64,000 bases of DNA from Deltaproteobacteria bacterium (GCA_032128375.1 JAQBGU010000107.1:32001-96000), one strand, 5' to 3'; counted from the stretch's first letter, positions 36,152 through 47,095 are shown. Program-made: numbers and translations. Notes: generated by a model not told the origin, from the letters alone.

Positions 36152-37237
36152 ATGGATCTCTCCAAGTTCTCGACGGAAACGCTGATTTCGAGCGTGTTTC
36201 GGGACTCCTATACGCTCGACTCCGAGAAACTCGAATCGCTGTACAGCAAGTCGAAACGTCACCAATGGAATGCCGAGGTCGACGTCGACTGGAGCCAGTT
36301 CGAACCCGGCTGTGACATTCTGGATCGCGAAACGGACTTCTTGTTTAGACTGGACTGTGTTCGGAAACTCCCCGAATCGCAGCAGGCCGCGCTGTGGCGC
36401 GGTGCCAACCTGTTCTTGATTTCGCAGGTTCTGCACGGCGAGCAGGCGGCTTTGATGACCTGTGGTCAACTGGTCAACGCAGTGCCCGATATCGATGGTA
36501 AGTTTGCCGCCGCGGTCCAGGTGATGGACGAGGCACGTCACGTCGAAGTCTTCGCCCGCTACCTCGAGTGCCAGGGGCAGCGCTTTCCGATCGACCCGGA
36601 TCTGAAGTGGATCATCGAGCGGCTGCTCGGTGAATCCGACTGGGAGGCGAAGTGCGTCGGAATGCAGATCATTTTGGAAAGCGTCGCGCTGTCGTTTTTT
36701 CGACTCGGCGAGAGCCGCGGAATCGAGCCGGTCTTCAAGTCATTCATCGGCCGTGTTCACGAAGACGAGTCACGCCACGTGGCCTATGGCGTACTGTCGC
36801 TGAGCGAGCGGATCCCGGAACTCCCGGCGGGTGTGCGAAACCGCCTCGAGGACTGGGCATACGACTCCGTGGCCAGACTCGCTGGCCGCGCCGGCAAGCC
36901 CAGCTTCACGTCACAGTTCCAGGCATTGGCGAGCGTCGGTCTCGATCTCGAAAGCTTCCTTCCGAAGCTGATTGAAGAAACCCGCGACAGTTCGCACATC
37001 GACTTCGAAGGTCTCGACGACCCGATGGCACAGACGGTCCTCCCCAACCTGATGCGCGTCGGCCTCGTCCCGGAGCGGCTCGTCAACGGCTACCTCGCGC
37101 AGGGATTCCGGATCGACCTCTCGGCCGGCACCGTGGACGACATCCACACTCACCATGACGAAACGCAAGCCGCCCGCTCCGTGTTCGCGGCGAAGGGCGT
37201 GGACTTCTCAGACGCCAAACAGGTGGCGGCCGCCTGA
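36152..37237 (+). CDS. Ferritin-like diiron protein (AurF/aldehyde decarbonylase-like)
   Basis: SQVLHGEQAAL, QVMDEARHVEVF, QIILES, DESRHVAYG (two ExxH motifs). Confidence 0.85.
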   Translation: MDLSKFSTETLISSVFRDSYTLDSEKLESLYSKSKRHQWNAEVDVDWSQFEPGCDILDRETDFLFRLDCVRKLPESQQAALWRGANLFLISQVLHGEQAALMTCGQLVNAVPDIDGKFAAAVQVMDEARHVEVFARYLECQGQRFPIDPDLKWIIERLLGESDWEAKCVGMQIILESVALSFFRLGESRGIEPVFKSFIGRVHEDESRHVAYGVLSLSERIPELPAGVRNRLEDWAYDSVARLAGRAGKPSFTSQFQALASVGLDLESFLPKLIEETRDSSHIDFEGLDDPMAQTVLPNLMRVGLVPERLVNGYLAQGFRIDLSAGTVDDIHTHHDETQAARSVFAAKGVDFSDAKQVAAA

Positions 37238-37270
37238 CCCGGTGGCGGTAGGGGCTGCCCGTCCTTCCGC

Positions 37271-38287
37271 CTATCGCAGTCGATACACGCTGCTGGCGGT
37301 GCCGTGGAACATTGCGTCCTTCTCGTCCTCCGAGAAGTCTTGGACGATTTTCTTCATGCCGTTCCACATGACGTGGTACGACAGCGAGAATTTGTCGACC
37401 GGAAAGTTGCTCTCGAACATGCAGCGGGCCGGCGTGAAGCACTCGATCATGTGCAGGTAGTAGCGTGACTGCGCCGCGACGAACTCATCCGAAGACGGCG
37501 GAAGATCTCGCCCCATCCAGCCGAAGCCGTTGTCCGGCATCGCGAGACCTCCGAGCTTTGCAAACACGTTTTCCGATCTAGCAATTTGCGCCACGTCCTT
37601 CTTCCACTGCTCGAAAATTTCCTCGCGCCGGGTCGCATAGCTACCAACACCAAGCGGCGTACCGAAGTGGTCCAGCACCATGATCGTATCCGGAACTGCC
37701 TGAGCGAGCGCTGCGAATGCCGGATTCTGGTGGTGGTAGTGCCAGGTGTCGTAGCTGTGGCCGAGCCGGCCGAGGACCTTGACGCCTTTTTGGAAACTCG
37801 CGTCTTCGTACAAGCCAGCCGGAGCGCGCCCTGGGATCATCAGCACCTCGGGATGGTCGTCGCGCGCTCCCGCATGGCGGATGCCGCGAAACAGGCCTCG
37901 ACCTGCTTCGACGTGTTGCCACAACAGGGCTTCCAGGCCATCGGTGATGGTCAGATCGACATGGGAAATCAGCGCAGCGATTTTCGCCCGTCCGGATCCG
38001 TCCGCAGCGCTCCTTGCGGCCGCATCCACGACAAAATCGATCTCTCCGATCGATCTCTGCCCTTGCGGCCCCTGTGTCCGATATTCAGCCCCGCACTCCA
38101 TGAACACTGTTTTCTCGATGTTGTGACCGCTGCCGGTGTCTGCCCACAAGTCGTCGAGCAGATACCGCGGCAGTCCCGGGTGTCGCCACAGGTGATGGTG
38201 CGGATCGACGATCGGACGATCCGCGTCGATGATTTCTTCTCGCACCTGATCTAGCCAGGCTCCCGGGTGGGATAGCAGGTCACTCAT
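37271..38287 (-). CDS. Amidohydrolase family 2 protein
   Basis: IVDPHHHLW, FRGIRH, LDHFG, KLGGL, RCMFESNFPVD. Confidence 0.9.
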   Translation of the reverse strand: MSDLLSHPGAWLDQVREEIIDADRPIVDPHHHLWRHPGLPRYLLDDLWADTGSGHNIEKTVFMECGAEYRTQGPQGQRSIGEIDFVVDAAARSAADGSGRAKIAALISHVDLTITDGLEALLWQHVEAGRGLFRGIRHAGARDDHPEVLMIPGRAPAGLYEDASFQKGVKVLGRLGHSYDTWHYHHQNPAFAALAQAVPDTIMVLDHFGTPLGVGSYATRREEIFEQWKKDVAQIARSENVFAKLGGLAMPDNGFGWMGRDLPPSSDEFVAAQSRYYLHMIECFTPARCMFESNFPVDKFSLSYHVMWNGMKKIVQDFSEDEKDAMFHGTASSVYRLR

Positions 38288-38318
38288 TCGTGTTTTCTCC
38301 TCCTTCGGCGGCAGAGGA

Positions 38319-39194
38319 TCAAGCCGGCAAATCGGCCAGTTCGAGGCTGACATCCCACAGACGCGCGGCATCTTCTGAATACCGCGCATTCGCGGCGAGC
38401 GGTCGGAGTTTCATGTTGTAGAAGTACCCGCCGTTTTTTTCTCGGCCCTGCCGAACCGCGGGCGCTGTGCACAAGTACACCCCGGTTTCTCCGCCCTTCT
38501 GCGGAGACCGCGCAAACGGCGAGATCAGCGCCGTGGCGAACCGCGCAAAGCGACCGTTGTTCTTGGCCAGATCACTGCCTACGAAACCGGGATGGAAGCT
38601 GTGGGCGCTGAGCCCGCGGATCCCATGGCGCCGGCCGAGTTCTTGCGCGAACAACACGTTGGCGAGCTTCGATCGACAGTAGACGGGAAATGCCGAGTAT
38701 TTCTTCTCTGCCTGCAGGTCATCGAAATCGAGTCGCCCGGCGAACTTGTAGCCGTCCGAGGCGGTGCAGACCACACGTGGCTCGTCGGTCCCGCATAGGC
38801 GGTCGAGCAGCAGGTTCGTCAACAGGAAATGGCCGAGGTGATTGACCGCGAAGGTGGTTTCGTAGCCGTCTTCAGTGGTACTTCGAGACAGGTTGAACAC
38901 GCCCGCGTTGTTGTACAGCACGTGCAGCGGGCGATCGCTGCTGAGAAACCTTTCGGCGACACGGCGGACGTCCTGCTGTACCCCCAGATCGCCGACCAGC
39001 ATGTCGAGCTTTGCAGTTCCGTGCGCGCGACCCATCTCGTCGAGGACTCGTTGCCCCTTGTCGGCGTCCCGACACACCCCGACGATGTCGGCGCCCATGG
39101 CCGCCAGCGCGAACGCCGACGCGCGACCCAGCCCGGCCGTGAAGCCGGTAACCATCACGGTCTTGCCGCGCATGTCGGTGTGGGGGGCTGCCAC
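38319..39194 (-). CDS. SDR oxidoreductase (retinol dehydrogenase-like)
   Basis: TGFTAGLG, NNAG, FAVNHLGHFLLTNLL, YCRSK; start uncertain (GTG 39194 or ATG 39173). Confidence 0.88.
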   Translation of the reverse strand: MAAPHTDMRGKTVMVTGFTAGLGRASAFALAAMGADIVGVCRDADKGQRVLDEMGRAHGTAKLDMLVGDLGVQQDVRRVAERFLSSDRPLHVLYNNAGVFNLSRSTTEDGYETTFAVNHLGHFLLTNLLLDRLCGTDEPRVVCTASDGYKFAGRLDFDDLQAEKKYSAFPVYCRSKLANVLFAQELGRRHGIRGLSAHSFHPGFVGSDLAKNNGRFARFATALISPFARSPQKGGETGVYLCTAPAVRQGREKNGGYFYNMKLRPLAANARYSEDAARLWDVSLELADLPA

Positions 39195-39486
39195 GGCTAG
39201 CGATCTCCTGCGCTGGAATCCTGGGGTTGTGGAATTGTAGGGGAACTGGCGCGACCAAAGCTCTCCGCGACCGCGGGCTTCTGGCGATCCAACGGGCAGG
39301 CAGGCTACTTGCGGGGGGTCGGATCTGTGGAGCGGGCACGCGTGGAGCGGCCCGGGTAGCGGTCGACTGGCTCCGCGGCGCACCGAGTTCGACGCTGCAG
39401 GCGCTTGGGTCGACGTTGGACGCGAGAGCGTCGCAATCCCGCTACCCTGGGGAGACGCGGGAACGAGCTATCGGAGGCAAGTAGGC

Positions 39487-40251
39487 ATGGTCGATTCAAA
39501 AGCCCTCGCGAGCTGGATCGAACTCGAAGGCTGTTTCAATTTTCGCGACCTCGGGAACTACACCAACACCACAGGCAAGCAGATGCGTTGTGGGCAGGTG
39601 TTTCGCGCCGACGGTCTGCAGCGCCTCACCGAGACGGACCTGGATCACCTGTGTGGAGAGATCGGCCTGCGCGGCGTGATCGATCTGCGCTCGAGCGATG
39701 AGGTAGAGGCGGATGGTCGCGGCGCGATCGAGCAGCGCGTTGCCATCCACCACGTGCCGCTATTCGAACGCACGCGTGCCGGGGCAGGCCAGGCTAGAGC
39801 TGATTGGATCAAGCCCGAACTGCTCTCGCATATGGGTGATCTCTATTGGCTCATGCTGCAAGCGGCCAGCGGGCCGATCGTCGAGGTAGTCAAGCTGATC
39901 GCGGAATCGGAGAGTCCGCTGGTGTTCCACTGTGCGGCCGGCAAGGACAGAACGGGCGTCATCTCGTCGGTACTGCTTTCGCTGCTCGACGTACCGCAGG
40001 AAACGATCATCGCCGACTACGCCTTCAGCCGGAAGAACATCGATGCGATCAACGCGCGCCTGGGTGAGAGTGAGACGTACAAGAAGATGATGGACGCGAT
40101 GCCCCCGGACGCCTACGACGCGGATCCCGCCGCGATGACGCACTTCCTCTCCAAGGTGACCGAACAGGAGGGGTCCATGGTGGATTGGGCTGCGAACGCG
40201 GGAATCGATGACACGATGCGTGCGCAGTTGCAGGCGCGTCTGCTGGTCTAG
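39487..40251 (+). CDS. Tyrosine/lipid phosphatase (PtpB/LipA-like)
   Basis: NFRDLG, VIDLRS, P-loop HCAAGKDRTG, ADY. Confidence 0.9.
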   Translation: MVDSKALASWIELEGCFNFRDLGNYTNTTGKQMRCGQVFRADGLQRLTETDLDHLCGEIGLRGVIDLRSSDEVEADGRGAIEQRVAIHHVPLFERTRAGAGQARADWIKPELLSHMGDLYWLMLQAASGPIVEVVKLIAESESPLVFHCAAGKDRTGVISSVLLSLLDVPQETIIADYAFSRKNIDAINARLGESETYKKMMDAMPPDAYDADPAAMTHFLSKVTEQEGSMVDWAANAGIDDTMRAQLQARLLV

Positions 40252-40399
40252 GTGCACGCAACGCTCGCCCGAGTGTCGCGAGTTCGCGAGCTTTCAGCGT
40301 TCAACCGCGATACCAGACCGGGCGCAAGCATAGTTCGAACCGATTCGTCGGGCCGCGTAGCCGTTCAGGCAAGCGAAGCGGGTGCCCGATAGTTCAGAC

Positions 40400-41029
40400 A
40401 TGAACCATGTCGAGATCCGAGCGTTGTTCGTTGTGCTGGTGCTTCTACTTCCAGTTCCAACCTTGTTCCCAACGCTGGCCCTCGCTGACCACTCCGCTCA
40501 GGCAACCGCTGATCGGGCGGTCGCATTGATTTCCGATGGCAACTTGAAGGCGGTCAGTTCGCTTCACCACTATCCGCCCACGTATTCGGACCAGGAGCTG
40601 CTCGCTGACGAGCAGACTGTAACCAAGGGCCTCGCGCTTCTGGTACGCCGATTTGGATCCATCAGTGATGCCCAACCGAGCGAGTCGCTGCGCTACTTCT
40701 ACCACGTTGGCAGCGGGGGCGGCACCGTTGAGTACTGGCGGTCGATTCCGGGTAGCAGCGTTACGAATCATGTATACGACGTGCACTTTGGCTCCGCCGG
40801 CGATGGATTCATCAAGGTCGATGTTGTCTCGATCGAGGAAGGGTCCAGCCCGCAGATCAAGGCGATCGAGTTCGGCTTGCCAACCGAGAGACCGGGCGCG
40901 AAGCAGCAGATCGTTTCGACGATGAAAGCGCTCCTGATCGAACTGGGGGTTCCGCTTCCGGAGAATTTCATTGAGTTGGCCGAGCAGTCGATGCAGGCCG
41001 CCGGCTCGGTCCCGGCCAACCACCAATGA
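40400..41029 (+). CDS. Hypothetical secreted protein
   Basis: Signal-peptide-like N-terminus ending ALA; no recognised domain. Confidence 0.6.
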   Translation: MNHVEIRALFVVLVLLLPVPTLFPTLALADHSAQATADRAVALISDGNLKAVSSLHHYPPTYSDQELLADEQTVTKGLALLVRRFGSISDAQPSESLRYFYHVGSGGGTVEYWRSIPGSSVTNHVYDVHFGSAGDGFIKVDVVSIEEGSSPQIKAIEFGLPTERPGAKQQIVSTMKALLIELGVPLPENFIELAEQSMQAAGSVPANHQ

Positions 41030-41125
41030 ACGCGCCCAGGTAGCCTGCCCCCGAGCAGCGCGTTGGCGCCCGGCCGATCGCGCAGCCGGTCCAACAGGTG
41101 CACTGCTGTGATGTATATTGCGGCC

Positions 41126-42037
41126 ATGCGAGAGTCGCCCCTACGACCCGTCACGCCGGGAGAAATCGAGGCCTTTCACCGCGACGGCGCCGTATTGATC
41201 AAAGGTGTCCTGTCACAGAATTGGGTCAATCTCGTCCGCGACGGGATCGACGCTGCGATCGCCGAACCCGACCAGTTGTCGGGACTCGCTGGGGCCGAGC
41301 TGCGGGTCGACCAGTTCCCGGCATCGCGGTCGCCGGCGCTGAGACGGATCATCGACGAGTCTCCTGTCGCCGAAATCGTCGGGTCCGCGCTGCGCAGCCC
41401 GGTCCGCTTCTACATGGACCAGGGCTTCTACAAGAGTCAGGGAATGATTGCCCCGACCCCATGGCACCAGGACACCTGTTACTACAACATCGGCGGCCAC
41501 GACCTGATCCGTGCATGGGTGTCCGCCGACCCGGTCCCGCGCAATATCGCGTTGGAGTTCGTGCGCGGATCCCAGCTGTGGAATGTCACGTACCGGCCAC
41601 TCGCGGGCCGTGACCCCGAGTTCGACGCCGAAGCGCGTACCCTGCTCGAGAACGCTCCCAGCGATCGACCCATGCTCGGCGCCCGGGCCTACGAAAACTG
41701 GACCTACTGGAGCGGCGTGCGCGACACGCGCCTGCCGCTGGTTCCCGATATCGAATCACACCGCGATTCGTACGAGATTCTCGGCTGGGAGTGCGAACCG
41801 GGCGACGTCATCCTGTTCCATGGCAACATCCTTCACTCTGCGTTGGGCAATGTGAGCTTGCCGCACCCGCGCCGCGCACACGCATCACTTTGGGCCGGTC
41901 GAGACGTCCACTACCTGAACCGCCCTGGTCAGATCATTCCCGACCCGGCCGCCCTTTATGTCCATGAGCCGAAGACGGGACAGCCGCTCAGCGACTTTCC
42001 AGACGTCTTCCCGCTCGCGTGGACTCCTGACCCGTAG
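41126..42037 (+). CDS. Phytanoyl-CoA dioxygenase family Fe(II)/2OG oxygenase
   Basis: FHRDGAVLIKG, TPWHQD, LEFVRGS, PGDVILFH..ILH. Confidence 0.88.
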   Translation: MRESPLRPVTPGEIEAFHRDGAVLIKGVLSQNWVNLVRDGIDAAIAEPDQLSGLAGAELRVDQFPASRSPALRRIIDESPVAEIVGSALRSPVRFYMDQGFYKSQGMIAPTPWHQDTCYYNIGGHDLIRAWVSADPVPRNIALEFVRGSQLWNVTYRPLAGRDPEFDAEARTLLENAPSDRPMLGARAYENWTYWSGVRDTRLPLVPDIESHRDSYEILGWECEPGDVILFHGNILHSALGNVSLPHPRRAHASLWAGRDVHYLNRPGQIIPDPAALYVHEPKTGQPLSDFPDVFPLAWTPDP

Positions 42038-42046
42038 CGACGCTCA

Positions 42047-42787
42047 TCACAGACGCCTTTTCCCCCATTCGACCGCTCGCCGCAGCAGCTCGCGATAGCT
42101 GGGATCCCCCCAGGAGCCGCGAACCACTTCCGCTACATCTTGAATGGGTTGCATATCATATTTCCCACAGCAGTGGCCCAATGTGATGTACAAGACTTCG
42201 CCATCGTCAACCGGGTGCGTATAAGCAACGAGCCTCGGTTCGTCGCTGGGCCATTCGTTCTCGATGTAGCCGGTGTGAAAGGTCCCTGTGTAACGTGTTT
42301 CGAGAAGCGGTTTGATTTCGCCGTAGTACTCGCACAGGTAAAGCTCGTCGGATGCCTCGAACGGCTCGATTCCCTTCACGAGCGGATGCTCCGGGTCCGA
42401 GACGGTGATCTGATAGGGCCCGATCGCTGGGTGGGAAATGAAACGACTCCCGAGCGTTTCCATGAACGTGTTGTGGGTCCGGGGGCAGAACATGCCTTCC
42501 GGTTTGAAGTCGAGAATCGCGTTCGTACCGTGCAGCGCGATCCAGCGGCCTCCAGCGGAAACGAAGTCCCGAAGTGCGTGCGCTTGTGGGTCGGTAGGTC
42601 GCAGGTCACAAGTGTAGGTGATGAGAAAGTCGGCCTTCGCGATTGCATCGACGTCGGAAAAGCTGTCGGCCACGCGCGTTCGGACTGCTTCGTCCTCGCC
42701 CAACAATTGGAGCAGTTCCAGGCGCGCGAAATCAGTGTCGTGGTATCTGGCGTTGGCAACCAAATAGGCGTGAATGAGTCCAGTCAT
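42047..42787 (-). CDS. ThuA-like (class I glutamine amidotransferase-like fold) protein
   Basis: GGRWIALHG, LGSRFISHP, HPLVKGI..F...DELY, YITLGH. Confidence 0.8.
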   Translation of the reverse strand: MTGLIHAYLVANARYHDTDFARLELLQLLGEDEAVRTRVADSFSDVDAIAKADFLITYTCDLRPTDPQAHALRDFVSAGGRWIALHGTNAILDFKPEGMFCPRTHNTFMETLGSRFISHPAIGPYQITVSDPEHPLVKGIEPFEASDELYLCEYYGEIKPLLETRYTGTFHTGYIENEWPSDEPRLVAYTHPVDDGEVLYITLGHCCGKYDMQPIQDVAEVVRGSWGDPSYRELLRRAVEWGKRRL

Positions 42788-42876
42788 GCGAACTCTCGAA
42801 TTCAATGCATCGCGAAGATTACACAACTGCGTCGCGGGCCAGCTGCCGGCTCAACGGGGACGAGTTCATCCTTGGT

Positions 42877-42924
42877 GGGTGAAAAGCTGGGTGAAAAGGT
42901 GGATGAAAAGCTGGATGAAAATTG
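42877..42924. repeat. 12-bp tandem repeat x4, intergenic
   Basis: gggtgaaaagct gggtgaaaaggt ggatgaaaagct ggatgaaaattg. Confidence 0.85.
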
Positions 42925-42934
42925 CAGTGCCTTG

Positions 42935-43966
42935 TCACGACCCCCCGGAAGAGAGCAGGTTCTCGACCGGCTGATACAATTCCTCCAGGTAGGCGATTGT
43001 CGCGTCATCGAGGTCGATCTCGGCCGCAGCCACGAGCTGATCGAGTTGCTCCACTTTCGATACGCCGACGATCGGCGCAGTGACTTCGGGTTTGCTGAGC
43101 AACCAGGCCACGGCGATCTGCGCAGGTGAGTGGCCGAATTTTTCGGCCACCTCGACGACCCGATCGGCGATATCGAAGTCGCGATCCCCTCGGTACAGGC
43201 TCTGTGTCCGTATGCGGTCCATCCCCTGCGAGCGGCGGGTCGTGCCCTGATCGAAGCCTCCCCGGTACGAACCCGCAAGGATTCCCCGCGCCAGCGGCGA
43301 CCACGGCGTAATCCCCACACCGCTCGTCTTGCAATACGGATTCATTTCCCGTTCTTCCTCACGGTAGATGAGGTTGTAGTGGTTCTGCATCGAGATGAAC
43401 TTTGTCCAGCCGTTGCTCTCGGCCGTCAGCTGTAGCTCGGCGAACTGCCAGGCGAACATCGAGGAAGCACCCAGGTACAATGCCTTGCCGGCTTTGACGA
43501 CATCGTGGAGCGCCTCGAGGGTCTCCTCGATGGGAGTCTGCACCTGGCCTGGGATCGCCTGCGGATGGCGGTGGATCACCAGGTGATCGACGTAGTCGTG
43601 ACCGAGCCGCTCGAGGCTGCGGTCGATGCCCTCCATGATGTGTTTGCGCGACAGCCCACCCTGGTTGGCTCCGCCTCCCATCGGCATCGCCAGCTTGGTC
43701 GCCAGCACGTACTCGTCACGAGAAAGCAGCTCGGACAGCAGCTTGCCCACTACCTCTTCGCTCGCGCCGACTCCGTAGATGTCGGCACAGTCGAAGTAGA
43801 ACACACCGTGCTCGATCGCAGCCTGAAAGATCGGCCGCGCATCCTCCACACCGAGCGTCCAATCGCCCTGGTGACCGCGACCCGGTTGTCCAAAATTCAT
43901 GGTTCCCAGACACAACGGCGACACCCGCAGCCCGCTGTTCATTCCGAGTGCAATGGGTTTGAGCAT
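42935..43966 (-). CDS. Aldo/keto reductase
   Basis: SGLRVSPLCLGTMNFG, FDCADIYG, ATK, SMQNHYNL, PWSPLARG; AGGAGG RBS. Confidence 0.93.
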   Translation of the reverse strand: MLKPIALGMNSGLRVSPLCLGTMNFGQPGRGHQGDWTLGVEDARPIFQAAIEHGVFYFDCADIYGVGASEEVVGKLLSELLSRDEYVLATKLAMPMGGGANQGGLSRKHIMEGIDRSLERLGHDYVDHLVIHRHPQAIPGQVQTPIEETLEALHDVVKAGKALYLGASSMFAWQFAELQLTAESNGWTKFISMQNHYNLIYREEEREMNPYCKTSGVGITPWSPLARGILAGSYRGGFDQGTTRRSQGMDRIRTQSLYRGDRDFDIADRVVEVAEKFGHSPAQIAVAWLLSKPEVTAPIVGVSKVEQLDQLVAAAEIDLDDATIAYLEELYQPVENLLSSGGS

Positions 43967-44132
43967 GGTACGCGTACCTCCTGAGCCCCTGTCATGGGAG
44001 CCCCAAGCAGCGAGAAGCAGTGTAGTCAGAACGATTGCAATCGGCAGACCCCGCTCATGCACCCACCGAAACCCATCAAGCGACGACAATACAACACGCC
44101 AGCAGCTCACACACAAATTCGCCCTCGCGTGA

Positions 44133-45074
44133 TCAGCGCAGGAGATACTGGACGATGTCTCGCGCGATCTCGCCGTACATCGGTCCCGTCGGGTGTGCGG
44201 CCCAGGTGAGTTCCTGCTGCTCTTCCGGGAGCCGCTTTACGGAGACCGATGAATTGATCAGCGGTACGTCATATCGCTCGCTCACGCGCTGCATCGCCCG
44301 GTTGGCCACCGCAAACCACTCGGCGTTGTAGGGGTAGGTGATCATCACAAACCTCGCGCGCGCACTGCGCGATTGCTCGACCATCAGCGCGTAGTCGCGC
44401 TCGGCCGACGCCTCCACCGTCTCGCGATTCGCCTCGAGGTCCACCTGCCCGGCCTCGCGATGATGGACAATGATCTCCTCGCGCCCCTCAGACCGCACCG
44501 TCCAGCGCTCGCTGTCCCCCAGGCCGTTTTCGACGGCGACGCGCTGGCGAACTTCCACGGCCTGTCCAGTCGCGACGATCCTGTCGAGCTCGCGGTCGTG
44601 AAACCAGACCCGAACGAAACGATACAAGCGTGAATAGGTCGCGAGGCCCTGGATGAGCGCGAGCAGCGAACCGGAATCTCGTTCCATCTCCGACGTGTTC
44701 CACGAGTTGTTGATGCCGGCCCAGACGATCACCACATCGGGGCGGTATCGGCTCAGCCAAACTGGCAGGCGGTTGCGCACTTGTCGGGTATTCATGCCCG
44801 GAACGCCGCGATTGATCACCGAGTACTTTCCCGGCTCGAGCCTCTCGAGTTGGGACTCGAGTTGGGCCGGATAGGCAAACTGCGGCGGGACGAAAGAACC
44901 GTAGGTGTGCGAATCCCCCACGCTGAGGATTTTCACCTCGGCCCCGGCACGCCACGCGCTGGAACGGTCTTCCGCGAATAGAGATACACCATGGAGTAAC
45001 GCTTCGATCAGTAGTATCGACAACAGCAGAATCCCGACGGCCCACGCCGACCACCGAGCGATCACGGGCATCAC
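44133..45074 (-). CDS. SGNH/GDSL hydrolase family protein with an N-terminal membrane anchor
   Basis: VGDSHTYG, INRGVPG, WAGINN, AHPT. Confidence 0.82.
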   Translation of the reverse strand: MMPVIARWSAWAVGILLLSILLIEALLHGVSLFAEDRSSAWRAGAEVKILSVGDSHTYGSFVPPQFAYPAQLESQLERLEPGKYSVINRGVPGMNTRQVRNRLPVWLSRYRPDVVIVWAGINNSWNTSEMERDSGSLLALIQGLATYSRLYRFVRVWFHDRELDRIVATGQAVEVRQRVAVENGLGDSERWTVRSEGREEIIVHHREAGQVDLEANRETVEASAERDYALMVEQSRSARARFVMITYPYNAEWFAVANRAMQRVSERYDVPLINSSVSVKRLPEEQQELTWAAHPTGPMYGEIARDIVQYLLR

Positions 45075-45076
45075 TG

Positions 45077-47095
45077 TCAGCGCCCTCGCAGAGCGCTACA
45101 AGCATCGTGATAGAAGGCGGGCACCGCCAGCGACAGGTGGGATCCGTCCAAGAGCAGTAGCCAGCGAGTCCCGACCCCCCACTGCAGAACCTCCCCCGTG
45201 CCGACCCCGTACGGGTGGCCGCGTGGCCCCTCGCAAGCTTTTCGCGAGGCGTTCTCACGTGAGTCACGCTCATCGTCGAGGAGTCCTTCGCTGTGTTGCA
45301 GCTCCGCCAGATTCAGCCAGGCCGGGACCATCTCAGGTGCGCCCTCGATCGCGGCGAGCAGATCTGCGATTGCACCGCTGCGGTCTCCGTTCAGCGCCCG
45401 CACGACACCGCGATTCGCTCGAAGCTCTGGGAGCGATTGCTCCCGGAGCACGCTGTCGAACCGATCGAGCGCCGCATCGAGCTTACCATCCAATGCAAGA
45501 GCCACAGCCAGTCGACCACTGCGATAGGGGTCGTCGATCCCCAGCGATCGCGCGATCGACTCAGCGCGCGCATACAGCGACCGCGCGCGACTAACGTTGC
45601 CAGCGGCCAGATCCACACCGGCCAACGCGTCGAGGAAGATCAACGGTTGGGGGTTCTGGCTGTAGTGCCCGTAAACCTGGCGGGCTTGGTCGTACTCGCC
45701 GAAGTAGAAGTGGACCGGGCCGGCCGCCGGCGAATCCGCCCGCTGCGGAAGACCAACACCCGGGATCGCGATCGCGCAGGCGCATGCGGCGATCGCATTC
45801 AATGCCAGCAATAGCCCCAGTGTCGCGCGGCGTGGCAGGCGATGCGCCAGCGATTCCACTGCCCGCGTCAAGAACGCAGCGAACGGAACAGACAACACCA
45901 GTAGATAGGACGACTTGAGCGATGGCCACGAAGGTGCCACCCAGGCGAACCCGGCAAACGCCGCCAGCGCCCCGGCTGTGAGAATCGCGAGCGGTACCGC
46001 AGCGTAGTTTCGCCGGCCCCGCCGGGCATCGCGCAAGCACAGCAACATGCCCGCAGCGGCGAGTCCTGTCGGCAGCAGCCCAGCGAGTGCGATGATCTGG
46101 GTCGAACCGCGCTGCGCAAGCTCGGCGTCCAACGCGCGACCGCGATCGGAGTCGCGGAAGTTATCGGCCCAGAAGTTCAGGTAGACGGTTCCCCAAACCG
46201 AGTGCAACAGGTGTGGGGATATCGGATTGGCATCGACGAACGTTCGAGGTGACACGAACACGTAATCTCGCAGGGTGCGAAAACCCGGGGGCTGGTCACT
46301 CTCGACCGCGGATACCAGAGCGTAGGGCCGACTCATCGCGATCGGGTTGCCAAGGGTCACCCAGTTGCGCGCGAAATAGGGCCCGGAAATAGCGAACGCG
46401 ACGCCGGCGATCACGGCTATTCGCAGCGACAAGCGGCCCGCCGCGCGAGGCTCACCCAGCGCGCGCACGCCCAGCGTCACGACGATCGCCAGCAGCGGAA
46501 TGGCTGCATTGAATTTGACAAGCAGCGCCATTCCCAATAGCGCGCCGGTCGTTGCATCGCGCCGCCAACTCGGGCGGGCTCGCGCCTCGCCGAGGATGAA
46601 CCAGACCATCGCCGCAGAGGCCAGGAACGTGAGCGTCATCTCGTTGCCGGGCATCGGACTCATGAAGAGTTGCGCGGGCAGGAAGGCGACGGATCCGAAG
46701 GCCACCAGCGCCAGCCAGCGGGGCTGTGGCATGACTCGCCGAACGAGAACCGCCGCCAACATGGCTGTGAGAAGGCTCATGGCGCTGCCCAACAGCGAGA
46801 GTCCACGCATCAGCACTTCGCCGCTGCCGAACTGCGCGAGCAGCCAACCCAAGGCGTAGTGGAGTGGCGGGTGGAAGTACGACCAACCTTGATCGGCCCA
46901 CGGGACGGCACCATAAATGTCGAGGAAGATCACGTAGGCGACGTGAGCCCACGAGTCGTAGCCCCACATCAGTGGCCCAGCCAGCGCGTTCCAGATGCGC
47001 ACGGAAATCGCTGCCGCCAGCACAAGCGCCCAGGCAGCATGGTAGATGGAGCGTCGTGCCAGCCCGGTGCGGCCACGGTCCACACTAGCCGACAT
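45077..47095 (-). CDS. GT-C (PMT/ArnT-like) membrane glycosyltransferase with C-terminal TPRs
   Basis: GYD..AH, FHPPLHY, multiple TM helices, GMALLVKF, TPR-like C-terminus. Confidence 0.72.
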   Translation of the reverse strand: MSASVDRGRTGLARRSIYHAAWALVLAAAISVRIWNALAGPLMWGYDSWAHVAYVIFLDIYGAVPWADQGWSYFHPPLHYALGWLLAQFGSGEVLMRGLSLLGSAMSLLTAMLAAVLVRRVMPQPRWLALVAFGSVAFLPAQLFMSPMPGNEMTLTFLASAAMVWFILGEARARPSWRRDATTGALLGMALLVKFNAAIPLLAIVVTLGVRALGEPRAAGRLSLRIAVIAGVAFAISGPYFARNWVTLGNPIAMSRPYALVSAVESDQPPGFRTLRDYVFVSPRTFVDANPISPHLLHSVWGTVYLNFWADNFRDSDRGRALDAELAQRGSTQIIALAGLLPTGLAAAGMLLCLRDARRGRRNYAAVPLAILTAGALAAFAGFAWVAPSWPSLKSSYLLVLSVPFAAFLTRAVESLAHRLPRRATLGLLLALNAIAACACAIAIPGVGLPQRADSPAAGPVHFYFGEYDQARQVYGHYSQNPQPLIFLDALAGVDLAAGNVSRARSLYARAESIARSLGIDDPYRSGRLAVALALDGKLDAALDRFDSVLREQSLPELRANRGVVRALNGDRSGAIADLLAAIEGAPEMVPAWLNLAELQHSEGLLDDERDSRENASRKACEGPRGHPYGVGTGEVLQWGVGTRWLLLLDGSHLSLAVPAFYHDACSALRGR

